Part shown: in pieces, positions 1 to 13,200 of the stretch | Layout: the number at the start of each line of letters is the position of its first letter | Numbering within the stretch: position 1 is the stretch's first letter | NCBI GenBank assembly: GCA_002269645.1 | Contig: NIVC01002872.1 | Span: 1-64,000 of the forward strand | From: Macrostomum lignano | Lineage: Eukaryota | DNA: 64,000 nucleotides | Direction of reading: 5' to 3' | Program-made: the position numbers and the translations under genes | Notes under the pieces: model-generated | Database searches by the model: none | What the model saw: the letters and a program-made list of their open reading frames with translations, nothing else | Told to the model about the DNA's origin: nothing

Positions 1-920
1 GGTATAGATCGATTTTCAAACTCGAACAGTTTTTGACAGCGCTGGTCAAGCTGGATAGGAGAAGCTACTGAAAACTGACAGACCGTCAGTACTTGAGCCA
101 CCCAGCGCACACACACGCACCCTTCGTATCTAAAAAACGCTTGAACAGTATTCAGCAGGACTCCGCTCCCTCTTCATAACTTCTGCCCCCCCCCCGATCC
201 GAGCTGGAGCCGAGCGAGCAGAGCTGAGCTAAGCGAGCTTTAGCTAACCTCGAATTGTTCGGCTCCCCGCGCAGCAACGTGACGAGAGAGACGACAGGCA
301 AGAAAGAAAGCAAGAGCGAATAAAATGAGAAGGGAAATGAGAGGAACCAGCTGTGAAAGGCTCGGGCAAAAAATGAATAGGGAAGCTCGACAAGGCCGAA
401 AGAGTTGCAGACAGTTTAAGAAAGGTAAGGAGGGAGTGAGAATGTGAATGAGTCAGTTAGAGCTGACCTGAAGTGCTGCAGTGGGACTGGGGGAGCCACT
501 TTCATCTGGCCGAAATTTCGAATTTTAGAAGAATCGAAGGAAGGGATCATAAACCGAATTGGCGTCGCAACCAGCTCAATGATAAATAAGGCTTGATGAA
601 CATTGGCGAAAAGAATGGAAAGAGAAAAAAACAAATGCTGTGTTTGGAGAAAAGTTAAGGAGTTATTGGGAAAGGAACCAGAACCTCTGGAGGAGATCAT
701 CAAGCGACATCAGACGAGGAAGGTAGCCATGGCAAATGTCTGTATTCAAGGAGAAATAGAAGGTGAAAAGAAAAAGAGGAAGACCGAAAAGGCAGTGGGC
801 GGGAAGATGACCTGAAGCCGTGAAGGAATGGACCGGATGGACAATGGAGAGGCTTGGTAATGGTAAAGAAGAAGAACTATCTTGAGCAAAGCAATTTCTA
901 GACCAAGAAGCGCAGCTCAC

Positions 921-3900
921 CAAGAAGCCAGGCTGATACAGGGTGTCCGTTGGCAGCAGGTCTCTGGCCAGGAAGTGCACGAACTTCTCAGCCCCGATCG
1001 GATTGTCGCGGCACTGACCAGCCGCTGGTGTAGGCGACTCGCCCGGCTGGCCAGTCGCCGTGTGCGGAGCCGCCGCCGCCGCCGCCGCCGTCGGGCCGCC
1101 TCCGGTCTTGCGCAACGGTGCCGGCGCCTTCCGCTTGGCCCGCTTCGGGTCCGGCGGGCCGCTGACTCCGACGCCACCGTTGCCCGCCGACAGGCTGGCG
1201 CTACCGCCGATGCCTGAGGTGGCTGAATTATTATTAGCTGTGGGATTATTAACAGCTGGATCGGCGCTAGAATAGTCGTCTCCAAAGTTAGTAGGCGACT
1301 GGTGCTTGGCGGGCCGGTAGACTCCCTTGGCCAGCGCCATTGTGGGTACATCTGCGCCAGAGCGTTCGAGTACAGCACATCCTGCAGGGTTAGGTGGCTG
1401 CCGCCCAGCGGCGGGAAGGTGCCAGGAAAGCAGTGGCTGGGCAGGAACAGTGCGGAGAAGTCCTGAACAGCGGCTGTTGTTGCCGGCGGGGCTGCCGCCG
1501 CTGCCGCGTGCCACTGCATCGCCTGCGCTGGCACCTGCTGTTGCTGCTGCTGCTGCTGCTGCTGTTGCTGTTGCTGCTGCTGAAGCTGCTGGAGCTGCTG
1601 TTGCTGTTGCAGCTGCTGCTGAAGAACGGACTGAAAAGATGGAAAAGACGGCATGTTGACAATGTATAGGTATGAAATATTCATAAGCACCATACTGAAT
1701 TATTCCAAATTCCAAACGGCAAAGCATTTTGCTGCATAAATTGTTTTCGAACTCGATGGGAAATCGCGAGTGTTGCCTGAGCTGTGGAGTCTGCTTGAGG
1801 AAGCGATTCGCTCTGAGCTAATCGAGCGAGCAATATTATTATAATCTAAACTTCAGCGGGAGGATTTGCTTAGCCTCCCGCTTACCTATTTGTTTTCCCT
1901 TTCCCTCTTTTTCCCATTTTATCCCATCGCTTATTTCTGCCAGGCCGCTTTATAATGATTCCGCATATTGTCCTCCCAGACCCTAACCAGATCCTGTGTG
2001 GGCTCGGCTCAAGGAAAACTCGCTGGAGTCGCCTCCATCGTCTCTCCCGCTCCCACAAGTCCCCCCGCAGGCTTTTAGAAGCGAAAAAAGCGAACTCCGG
2101 AGGTTTAGGAGGCCGGGCCGGCCCGCATTTTTGCTCGAATCCCAATTCCCAGTCACATCCCGCCTGTTTGCGCACCCCCGCGTCTTCGTCGTCCCGTGCT
2201 CGACCCCTCAGTTTCTCTAAGCCCTATTTACGCATGCCACACGCCCTCCTCCTCGATAGCTCATCGGGATCGTTGAAAGTCTTCCCTCTTAAAGCCGGGG
2301 CCCTTCATTCTAAAAACCGCACACAGCAGATCCTCCCTCACGTCATCGTTTTATAAGTTTTTATTTCGCCTCTCCTCAAATCGCTTTCTCACCGTTGCAC
2401 TCACGGAGCAGACAGTTTTTTTCGTGTTCATCCCAGACAATTGAGCCAGGCGAAGGGGAGGTCGTGACAAGAACAGGCGGGTTATAAAATGAAAACAATT
2501 CGAATTGGGGGGGGGGTGGGCGGCTTTGTTGTTCGAAACGAATAAAAGCTGTCTGTGTATCGAGGCTTTGAGTCTCCAATCGGTCTCGAGTGGGCCTCGA
2601 GTAGTGGGAGAGAACTGGTTTAGCAGAGCAGGCAGGGGCTGGCAACAGGTGATGCTCGAATGTTACTTTCTCACTGCCTGCGGTCTGGGACTGGGAGAGC
2701 GACTGGGATGGAAACAGCTGGTCTGGCTCCGTCTTTTCTATCACTAATTTCTGATCTTAGTCTGTCGAATAAATTTTTTAACTTAGCAACACGAAAAACT
2801 ACAAAGTTCTGTATCCATGAATTTAGCGATTGCAGTTTGAAATTCTAATTGATGGAGTTGCACAATGGACAAGAGAGAAAGAGAGACTGACTCAGGGACT
2901 GAAGTGTGAATGAAATAATGTAGTACTAGTTAGAAGGGTAATTCATTGATGAAAAATGACTTGCAGCACCTTATTTGAGGGGGTTGAAGTGGTGTGCGTG
3001 CTGCAGCATCAATGCAATGCGACTGTATTAGGTCACTTAGCGGCACAAACTTACTCATACTGATTTCTGATCAGCGCCAGACCCAAAGCGGAGCCTCTAT
3101 TTGGCGCCAGGGCTGCAGGCCTAATCTAGAAGCGGGTCTCATCCGCGCAGAGGAGGGGCCATTGGAACAGGGGGAATGAGCTGTGAGCGAGCGCCGCGGC
3201 CCCACCGGGGCTCTTCAAGCGGGCTCTTCGACTTCCGGGTCGCGGACCAGAAACGAGGCTCCGCTTCCAGGAGAAGGCAATTGGGGAGTGGAACAGAAAA
3301 GCGATCCAATGCAGCAGCGCAGCTTGCGGTCGAGGGGGGGAGGGCGGCCGAAGCGAGCATACCAAGGGGGCAGGGGTGCTTTTTTGACGGGATGAAGTTG
3401 CGGCGCAGACGAGGAGAGAATAGGTATTGTGCACCGCACACAACTGAAGAGAAGGAGCAGGGGACAGAGGCCAATTCATCAATGTTGCTTTGGAACCAAG
3501 GCTTAACAATGGCCGACTTCGCTGGCTATAAAAAAACTTTTTGAGGGCAGAACCGGGGGTCCTGAGCACCGCACAGCTCGCACTTGCTCCGGGGCTTGGT
3601 TGCGTTTTGAGTAGATGAAAAAACACCTCCCCTCCCAATACCACTTTAAACACCGGAGGAGTTTTCGAAAAAAAGTCGGGGCGCTCAATTCATTGTGCGC
3701 GCGTGAACCGGGCTTAGGGCGGCCGCCCCCGGGGGGCCCGCAGCCTCAAGTGGAGAGCCGGGCCTTCCTGCTAGTTGCCACCAACCCCAAGGCCCCCGGG
3801 GAGTTGACAGAGGTGGGAGAAATTGGACTCTGATGATGATTATGGGAAGACCTTGGTAAGGCCGTGAGAGGACTCGACAGATTGATCCCCAACGCTAAAC

Positions 3901-5146
3901 TCCTCTTTCTTCCCGGCGCACAAAACTCAACTCAATCCAAGTCCCATTGCACGCCTTTCAGCTCATGGTCCGAAAAAAGTAGCAAAAGAGTAGAAAAAAA
4001 TCTGGTGGAAGAAGCGCGAAAAAGTGAAAGGCCCAGAGGGAGTCGCACGAGGAAGGGCATTCAATAAAGGGGGAGAAGAGGAGAGATGCAGGCGGAGGAA
4101 GGAGATGATGGGGGACTGCATGGGGAGGCTGGCTAGTTTCCTTCGGGAGCGGAAATTCCGAAAATTGCGGGCCCCTGCAGGTCGGTCCACCAGAACGAAT
4201 GGGGAGCGTTCCTTACCTTGTCGATAGCGTGCCCAATGGAGCCTCCGTGCTGCGGTAGACCGGACGCGCGACCGCCGCCGCCGCCCCTGACTGCGCCGCC
4301 GTCAGCATTGCCGCCAGTGCCGAATTCCGTAGCGCACTTCACAGAGGGCACCTGCTGCATCTGGTCCGGCTTCACCGCCACCGTCAATGGCAAGGGATAT
4401 TGCTGCGGAGGCTGCTGCTGCTGCTGCGGCTGCTGCTGAGTCTGCTGCGAATTCGGAGTCGACTTTCCGCCGGAAACACTGCTAGTCTTCTGCTGCTGTT
4501 GCTTGCCAGCCGACGCTGCGGAAGCTGGCGACGCCTGGTCGGCGGATGCCGGCTTGCCCGACTTCTCCTTGACAACCGGCGCGGGGCCGTTGCCACGGCC
4601 GCGTTTCTGCTCCTCCTCCTGCCGGGCCACGTCGCCGTGACGACTCTTCAGGTGGTTCAACATCGTGGTGGTCGTGCCCGAGTTGTTGAAGGCTAAGACA
4701 GCGTTGCAGATGCTGCAGACCGTCTTCTTCACGTCCTGAATGCCGCTCGACTCGTCTATCGGGTGGGTGAAGTAGCGCCACACGAAGGACTTCTTGGCTT
4801 GCGACTTAACGTGTTGCTGCTGCTGCTGCTGCGGAGCCTGAGTCTGCGGCGTCTGCGGCTGCTGCGGCGACGCCGAGCCCGTCAGCACCGCCGCAACGGA
4901 CGACACGGCGTCGGACGTTGGACTGTCAGGGCCAGTGGCGTCGCTGGCTCCGCCGATGCTCGGACTGCCGACCATTGAGCCTACGGCGGCGGCGCTGCTG
5001 CTCAGTACAAGTGGCTCGGACATCTTGCTGGCGTCTGGCAAAGCGGCTTTCTTGGTCTGGACAATGGATAATAAAGACAATGGATTAATGAATGCCGGCT
5101 TAGCGATGTCGGAGGCTGACTCGGTGGGTCTAATGCGGCCTGCTCC
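921..5146 (-). CDS. BED zinc-finger protein, probably a domesticated hAT-transposase derivative; 3' part lies left of the window
   Basis: Exon ~5146..4217: open frame, first in-frame ATG at 5023, BED finger KSFVWRYF...VCSICNAVLAF...GTTTTMLNHLKSRH, ends AAG|GTAAGG in phase 0. Exon 1630..921: acceptor ttttcag|TCC, donor TTG|GTGAGC, polyQ, then GAEKFVHFLARDLLPTDTLYQPGFL, which resembles the hAT/ZBED D-x-x-P...GF motif. The model needs a 1-nt frame correction near 1340. Confidence 0.8.
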
Positions 5147-8100
5147 CTAAACCTCTTGTCTCCAACGGGTCTCTGTTGTGGAGGGCTTTGAAAAAATTTG
5201 GGATGAATTGTTTTTGGTAGGAGGGTTCCAGACCCGCTCTGGGAGTCTCCTTCTTGTTGACAGGGCCTGCTTATTTATTTATGAAAATGCCAATTCGTCC
5301 GAGCCTCCCCCAGTCCCAGACCCCCTGCCCCAGCTCTGGTTGGCTACCTTGCCACCTTTCAGACCCATTGCTCAAACTCCCACCTCAGCTCAACCCCGCC
5401 TCCTCGAACCCTTTCGCGCGCTCGCTTCGTATTGTCTCCACGCCCCACCCCAATCTAGCGCGGGGATTCAAAACCTTTTCCTTTCTTCCCCTCCCCTCCT
5501 CTCTGCCCCGATTCCGGCGCCCGCCCCAGTTCTCTCTCCTTTGAGCTTCGCGTCGCGTCGCGGCCTTCCCCTCCCTCCTCCGGACACCGCGGGACGGCCG
5601 GGGAGTGGACGAGCGGAGTTAGTTTGGGGAGGGAGAACTTAATTTCTGAAACTCAACGAGGATAGAAGAGTAGAATAGGCTCAATAGAGAGAGAAATGCA
5701 TCAGTAACAACTTGGGGAGTTGCGCAGTTGTACTGGGTTGGATGAAGCATTGTGTGAGAGCTTTATTATTAGTGTGTATCAGATAAGCATGCCGGTTGGC
5801 TCTCGTCTCTAGGCATTCGCAGCACGAGCGCAAGGCACGATTGTGTGCTGCTGCTGGGAGCGCTTGAGGAGTGATAGATGGATGAGGCTGAGCCTGAAGC
5901 TGACTGAACTCCCTCACACACCAGCCCCAGCCTCGATCCTTAATTCCTTGATGAGTTGGCTAGTATAAGTAAGAGAAGCATCGTGGTTAAGGAAGGAAGG
6001 AGAGAAGAGATTCTGATGTGTCTGCCTGTCTCGTTTTGGTTTTCGTTAAATAGGTAGGTAGCCAGACTCAATTCATGTGTGTACTGATACTCGTACACCC
6101 GTATAACCAATGCGGACAAACACAAAACTTTAATTATTTAACGTTGAAAATTCCAATAAACAGCGCGACGATTCCGTATTATAAGAAAACTTACTACAGT
6201 TCCACACAATTCGTTTGTTTGAGTCAACTAGCGTTCGAAAGAGCCTTGCGCTAGGATTAGTAGTCCTTCTTGAAGAAAATATTTCGACGCTTGGCCGTCG
6301 TTCCTCTGGCAATAAACTGAGCAAGCAAGAGGCGCAATCGAAAGTTTCAATTAGAGAGCGAAATCAACAGTAATCTTTCCTTACATCACAGTTGCAAAAA
6401 GGTCGCACGAAGATCGAGAGGCGTTCCCTCGGCTGTACCAATTAAAGCTGTGATTTTCGTAAACAGATAAAAAGGGTGCAATAAAAACAGGCGGCCCCCA
6501 ACCCTCCTCCCCCCCCCCAATGATTTCGCCGCTATCTGATTGGGCTAACCGCGACTCCAACCCGAAATAGCCTAATGTACACAGACAGGGGTAGAAAAGG
6601 GTGACAAAGTGGAGAGGGGTGGGTGGGAGTCGGGACAAGCGAAGGTTAGAATTAGAATAGTGAGGCTTAAGCCACTCCTTAGCCGGCCGTCGATTTCAAA
6701 ATCACATTATCCTCGGATCGGACCACAAGCTTGACTTCTGAAAGCTTGGTTTTGGAAATCTAGCTTTCGTTGCAGCACTTGTACACTGCGCCTTTACGTG
6801 GGGTGGGTGGCAGGCATCCCAGTTAGAAAATCGGCGCAAATGAAAAAAAGCACTTTATTTGACTGTCGAGCTCTGTTCTCTTGCACATTCGCGATTCATG
6901 CTCGCGCGCGCGTGCAACACTTCAGGCAGCTAAAACTGCGTGCACTGTATATGTGTGTACACAGAAGCCTGATTTTGCCTATAGCATAGCCGAAAAATTA
7001 TTTTAGATTTTAACCTGATTTTTAATTGAGGATCGAAGTTAAATAGAAACCATTCTGGATTTGCTCTGACTTATGAAATCATATTTCGAATTTCAAGCAG
7101 CGTTTTATTATGCTTTTTACCCCTTGACAACTTTTGGTTGACATTGTAATGTACACGCAAAATTTCTAGGTTTACGAGCACCGTAAATTTTGAGTGGAGA
7201 ATTACTTTTCCACACCATTTCAGTTTCGCAACTGATTGAGTGCTTATTCATACCTTTCTTCAGTTTTGCTTACTAACAAATTGGCAAATAAAGTTACACT
7301 AAGCCAATAAACCCGATAAGCCAAACCAGACCACTAAAAGTACAAAGTAGACTTATTTACAAAACAATCATTCTTGCTGCTGTTAGCCAGAGGCGCACCG
7401 CATTCACTTGTTGAAGCAGCAAGACAACTTGCAGATCGATTCAACTCGAACTCGAAACGGATCAGATCAGTTACCTGCCAAGCTTCCCATCAGCACACGG
7501 GAGCAGACGAACGCTACCCCTAACCCTGAAATCAGGCTCGAACGATGTTGTCACCGAAGCCTAAAAACAGGCTCCTCATCCTCATCTCAATCTTAAAACC
7601 GGATCAGGTCTCGACTCTTGAGTCTCAGACTCGGTGGGTGAGGGGATACTCGACGAATGGCGAGCGGCAGTCGAATCGAGACCTCTTCTTGCCTTGCTTC
7701 AGCTGGGAGTGTGCAATGCAGTCTGTGCTCGGGTGCGCACATTGATTTCCTGCTTTGACAGTTGTTGGGAACACGCTGTGCTTCGTTCGAGGCTTTGCTA
7801 CTCACAAGTTTATCCATTTTCATGAAATGCTACTGGAGACCTCGTCAATCAAGCAAAATCCGTCGAAATGTTAATTGTCACTTTTCCAAACTGGCAATAT
7901 TTATTTCAGGAAATCAACGAGTGAACAAGTCTCATCTCCTGAAATTTAGTCTATGGCTCAACTCTACCCATCGGCGCATTGTATTCATTTGCTATGCACT
8001 TTTGGTGACAATAACACGCGCGTGGGATGCGTGTTAATGTCATTTAGGACATTAAGACGCAACGGCAATTTAGACAAAACAAAGGGTAAATTTTATTTTT

Positions 8101-9633
8101 TTATGTTAGAAAAACATCAAAAACTGTTCAACAAAGTTGTTCATTGTTCATTGAAACAATTGTGACTTTGTTGTTGATAGGGAGAGCGGCCTCAAATTTC
8201 GAAATTGACTATTAAAAATTTAATAATAATATTACATAGTTAATCTAAATATACTAAATCTCTAAGGTTTGTATGCTTGCTTGAATGTCCATAACGCTCT
8301 AGTTCAGTACTAAAATTAGAGAAGTTCATGAAACAAAATGGGATAATTTTTTTGTATCGGGCGCACCCTCGTTGGTCGTTTAAGCGCATCTATTATTCCC
8401 AGCTTTCTGCTGCACCATCGATGGAATGTGTTGGCAGGTGTGCTACACTTTGGAACAATAGGTTCTTAATAAGTTTGATATCTATCGAACGCTTTTTGCA
8501 GATAATACTAGTTAACTTACTGCAAGTAGTCAAGAGCTGACATGTCCAAAATTTTAAACTGTAGTCCTTTCTGCAGTCTTTTGTAGCCCTTTCTATGATG
8601 AGCTTTCAATTAATTAGCAGGAAAATGAGTTGAAAAAAGCAATTACATCATACCAGTTCCACCATTTTTGCCTATAATCTATTTGTTCAACTGAAAAGTC
8701 TGCTAAAAGTTAAAATCGAAGTCGCAACAATATCGAATAAACTATTAAACTTGTCATAAAAACACAGCGCATAAGAAACATGGCACAAAAATTATTTCAT
8801 AGTAGGATACCCATCCATGTCGAATATACAAAAATCTAAATATACTAAATTATATACTAAAAATGAATAAAGTTGCTATTCGGTCGTAAAAACGGACAAA
8901 CAATTCTCCTCAGATAGGCTGCTGCAAAGACAAGCAATTCCCGTGGTGATGCAGCGTATCTGATAGTAGCTCGTAAAATGATCTCCACAGTAAAACATCC
9001 TTCAAAGGTATTGACAGCTTCAAAGCGCGAATAAAGAAGCATTCAAGCGCGCATTTTAACGTAGGTGCACTCGGATTACCAACGAGAGGTTTTTTGCATA
9101 GGGAAATGGATAACATACAATAGAAAAGCCGACTCCGTTATAAAACTGATGTAGAAACAGATTAATACTGCGCTCAATAAAACATTTTTCGACTAGGCGC
9201 ACAACCATCAGAAACAAGCGTGTTTGAGCTCGAAAAACGCAGGCAGTAAAAGCAAAATACACTTCATTCGCATTATGACAATTGCAAGTCTTAAGTGTTA
9301 GTTCACAGCCTGACAACAATTAATAATTTAGTCGATAAAGTGTCTGATGCTCGTCAAATTTGATGAAGAAGCCTTCACAGCCGGCGTAAAAATGTGTCAT
9401 ATCAAATAATACCGGTATACCGATTTATTTACGTTTCTTAATTATTGAATTGTTGAATAGACATATCTAGACGTGTAATACTACGAGTAACATAGAGTAC
9501 CAAAAGTGCTTTATTGCAAGATCCTCTGCTAAACTATTCCTGTTTAGCTGTAAACACAAACTGTCAATACAATCTAGATTCGTACACCAATGCGATTAGA
9601 CAAACAGGGAGAGTTGAGGGGGTGTGGCACAGC

Positions 9634-10000
9634 CAGGGGCGTCGCCATGGATTTTATAGTGGGGGGGGGACAAAGCTGAGAATTCTACATGTACATGCGA
9701 ATGACTAAATTCCTACATGTACATTATTTCCGAATCGGTGTTCTCATCGATCATTTTAACGCCACAGGCACTCATTTTAACGCCACAGGCACTCATTTTA
9801 ACGCCACAGGTACTCATTTTGGCGCCACAGGCCCTCATTTTGGTGCTGCAGGCGCTATGTTTTGTCGCCCTGAAGCAAAATTATTGATTTCCATAATGGG
9901 TCAACAAGGTGGGGTGGGGGGACAAAGCATTGGCATGCCCCCCGTAGCTTTCACTGGGGGGGACATGTCTCCCCTGTTCCCCCCGGTGGCGACGCCCATG
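9634..10000. mobile_element. hAT-type MITE, 367 bp
   Basis: TIRs CAGGGGCGTCGCCA and TGGCGACGCCCATG; flanking 8-mers GGCACAGC and GACACAGG match at 6/8; internal 21-bp tandem repeat at ~9750-9850. Confidence 0.65.
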
Positions 10001-10222
10001 GACACAGGCATGAGAATAAAAAACAACGGACAGGAACTCAAATTACAGTTATCGGAACTACCGGCAAACAACGACTGGAGAAATGTTTGATCTCAGTCAT
10101 CAGTGGACTAAACAGACGGTAGTGTTTTCCAAATATTGTAGATGAAAAAAAATACAATCCAAAGTTCATCGTTGAGTTTGTGCGCATCCGTCACCCAAGT
10201 CCTGAAATTTGCTGTCCGTGGG

Positions 10223-13200
10223 TCAAGTTGGGCGCTGAAAAGATGCAGAAAGCGGCATTGCCGGCAATGGTTCTACTGAGCCGCCAGCTGCATCATCGGA
10301 GACTGATACGGCCATGGCTGCAGCAGTGGCGGCATTCGTGGTCCTAGTCGACGAACAGTCCTCGTCCGAGATAAACCCGATGGCCGAGGAGTTCTCCTCG
10401 TCGCCGGCAAAATCGACCAGCTCCCTGGCAGAGCAGCGCGGGAACCGGGGGATCTCTCGGGTGGCGTGGAACTTCTCATAGTTGATCTGGTACTCGCCGT
10501 TGTCCTTCTGATAGGTGATCAGCCGTTCAAACCGGTGGCCCCAGCGGATCTCAGACGGCAGGTAGCTGGAACGGGCCTGCGTGGTCATGCCAGTTGACTC
10601 GATGATGCCCTCCAGCATCACGATCAGCTCGAACTGTTCCGTCTGTAGGTCGTCGGCCGAGATCTCCCAGAACGGTGAATTACAATCGATCTTGTGCTCG
10701 ACGATGATCGGCCACACCAGGAACAATCTATCGTAGCCGTCGTTGTAGCCAAGATCGATGTCGAACTGTTCAAGAGGTAGCACTTCGTTTTCGCGGGTGA
10801 TGCGCTTCTTGATGAGGACGGCGCGGACGTGGGCTTCGATCAGCTGCGATTTACGCATGTCGCCGACTCGGAACAGCAGCACCATCTGACCGTCGCGCTT
10901 GCAGATCACGGCGCTTTTGCTAAACATCAGCGTCTCGGCGCGCTTCTTCGGACGGGACAACTTCGCAAACACCAAGCCGGTCATCAGCGCCTGGATAATA
11001 ACGCCGAAACAGCTCTGCGTCATCACCATGAGAACAGCCTCTGGACAGCGATCAGTTGGATAGCGATAGCCATAGCCAATGGTCTGCTGAGTCTCAATCG
11101 AGAACAGCAACGCGTCTGAAAATTTGTCCAAGTTGATGACGCAGGGCACAAAGCCGAGTGGTCGCTTGTCGTCGAGATCGCCGTGGGCGAAGCAGATCAG
11201 CCACCACATCAGTGAGAAGAACAGCCAGCCAGAGATGAAGGTGACCACAAATAGCAGTAGGGTGTAGCGCCACTTCATATCCACCAGGGTGGTGAAGATG
11301 TCCGCTAGAAAGCGGCGCTTTCTCTTCTTAATGTTGTAGTGCGAGATGTTGCACTCGCCATTCTTGAACACTAGCCGCTTGTAGCTGTAAGGGGAAGGAA
11401 AGCAGAGAAGAGAATGAGCTTTACTAAATAGCGCCCGAGATCAGCTGCAAACTTTACCAGATGCACTCAGATTCTCAATGTCTGCCATATTGGGCTCAGT
11501 TCTCTAGAGTCTTGAAATTGAGAGAATGTCACCTTACATTCTCCATTAGCCTCAATTATTTAACAGGAAGAGTCCCATTAATAGGTGGCGCTGGATTATC
11601 GCGCCTGCAATTTTATCGACAGTACTTGACTACAGAGCCCAGGCAAAAAACTCACGAATTTATAATACATCGCACAACCCAAGCTCTCTGGATTAGTGCC
11701 AATTATATTTAATGCACGCGTACTTTATACACGCGTGTATGTTTATTGTTTATGTTTAACGCTAATTGTCATGCGTATTCGCATTTTGGACTTGTCAGTT
11801 GTCACTTGAGCAAGGACCCATATAGTATAACAGGACGTAAAACTCAATGATTTAATTTTTTAGGGGGCCAATTTCTTGTAAAAAAGAAACTGTGAAGATA
11901 AGAAAAAATCATTTTTTTCATCCCCAAAATCAGTATTTGCATTGAATCTAGGGCAGTGAAGATTACCATTCCTTTAATTTAACATGTACAGTATGTTACT
12001 CTGTTGTATTTTGTATAGCTGTGTCGTAAAAGCTTCATTTTTATTGTTTTCTTCCTACTTCATAAGCCCAAGTCAAAGTTGTAAATACGAGCTACTCACA
12101 AGTGAAAATTTTGTTTTTGTTCCTTTTTAAATAAAGTACATTTGCAATAATATTGTTGCATTCAGGCCTTGGCTTAAAAAGTGATGGCTTTCTAAAGACT
12201 AGGTCAACAAAAATTGAAAAAAATGATATTGATAAACATTTTCTACTTATAATTATTTAGACAGGTGTAGGAATAGCTACTAGTATGCGTTTAAATGGAA
12301 CTCATTGTCTCATTGTTCATTGTCTTCAGCAGGACGTTCGACGAGCACTTGGAGAGGCTGGCGGAAGTTTTTAAGCGGTTGGGAGACGCGGGACTCAAGC
12401 TGCACAAGGCCAAGAGCGCGTTCGGTCATCGCCGGGTGCTGTACCTGGGACACCTGATCAGCGAGCAGGGCATCGCACCGGATCCCGGCAAGGTCGAGGC
12501 CATTCGCAGCATGCCCAGCCCAACGACGACCGACGAGGTGAAGCGGTTTCTCGGAATGCTGGGTTTCTACCGCCGGTTCATCCCAGGCTTCAGCCAGACG
12601 GCGAGGGTCTTGCACGACGTCAGCGTGAAATCGAGGGACTTCGCGTGGAGCAGCGACTGCGAGCGAGCGTTCCGCGAGTTGAAGGACCGGCTGACGACGG
12701 CTCCGGTGCTGAGGCTGTCGGATTTCACCAAGCAGTTCGTGCTCAGCTGCGACAGCAGTCAGTTCGCCGTCGGCGCGGTGCTCAGCCAGCTGCACGGTGA
12801 CGCCGAGCTGCCTGTGGCGTTCGCCTCGCGCACCCTCAACAAGGCCGAGCGCAACTACTCGGCGACCGACCGCGAGCTGCTGGTGCTGGTCTGGAGTCTG
12901 AAGTACTTTAGGACGTACCTGCTGAGTGTCCCGAGCTTCAGTCTACTCGGACCACCGGCCACTGCAAGGTCTGCTCGCAACAAAGGACCCCGAATGTCGG
13001 ATGGCGCGATGGCTTTCGACGCTGCAGCAGTTTTCGTTCAAGCTGCTGTACCGGCCTGGCAGGGACAACGTCGTGCCGGATGCACTGAGCCGGGTGGCCG
13101 GCACGCGCCTGCAGCCTCGGTGGGACGACAGCCGCCAGCACGAGGAGCAACTGCAAGACCCGCTGCTGAGCAAGGCGTTTCAGGCGCTGACCGAAGGGAT

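Noticed and set aside
1880-4130. Many short ORFs in GC-rich parts of the BED gene intron
   Set aside because: No motifs or consistent splice sites; not needed for the phase-0 join between 4217 and 1630.
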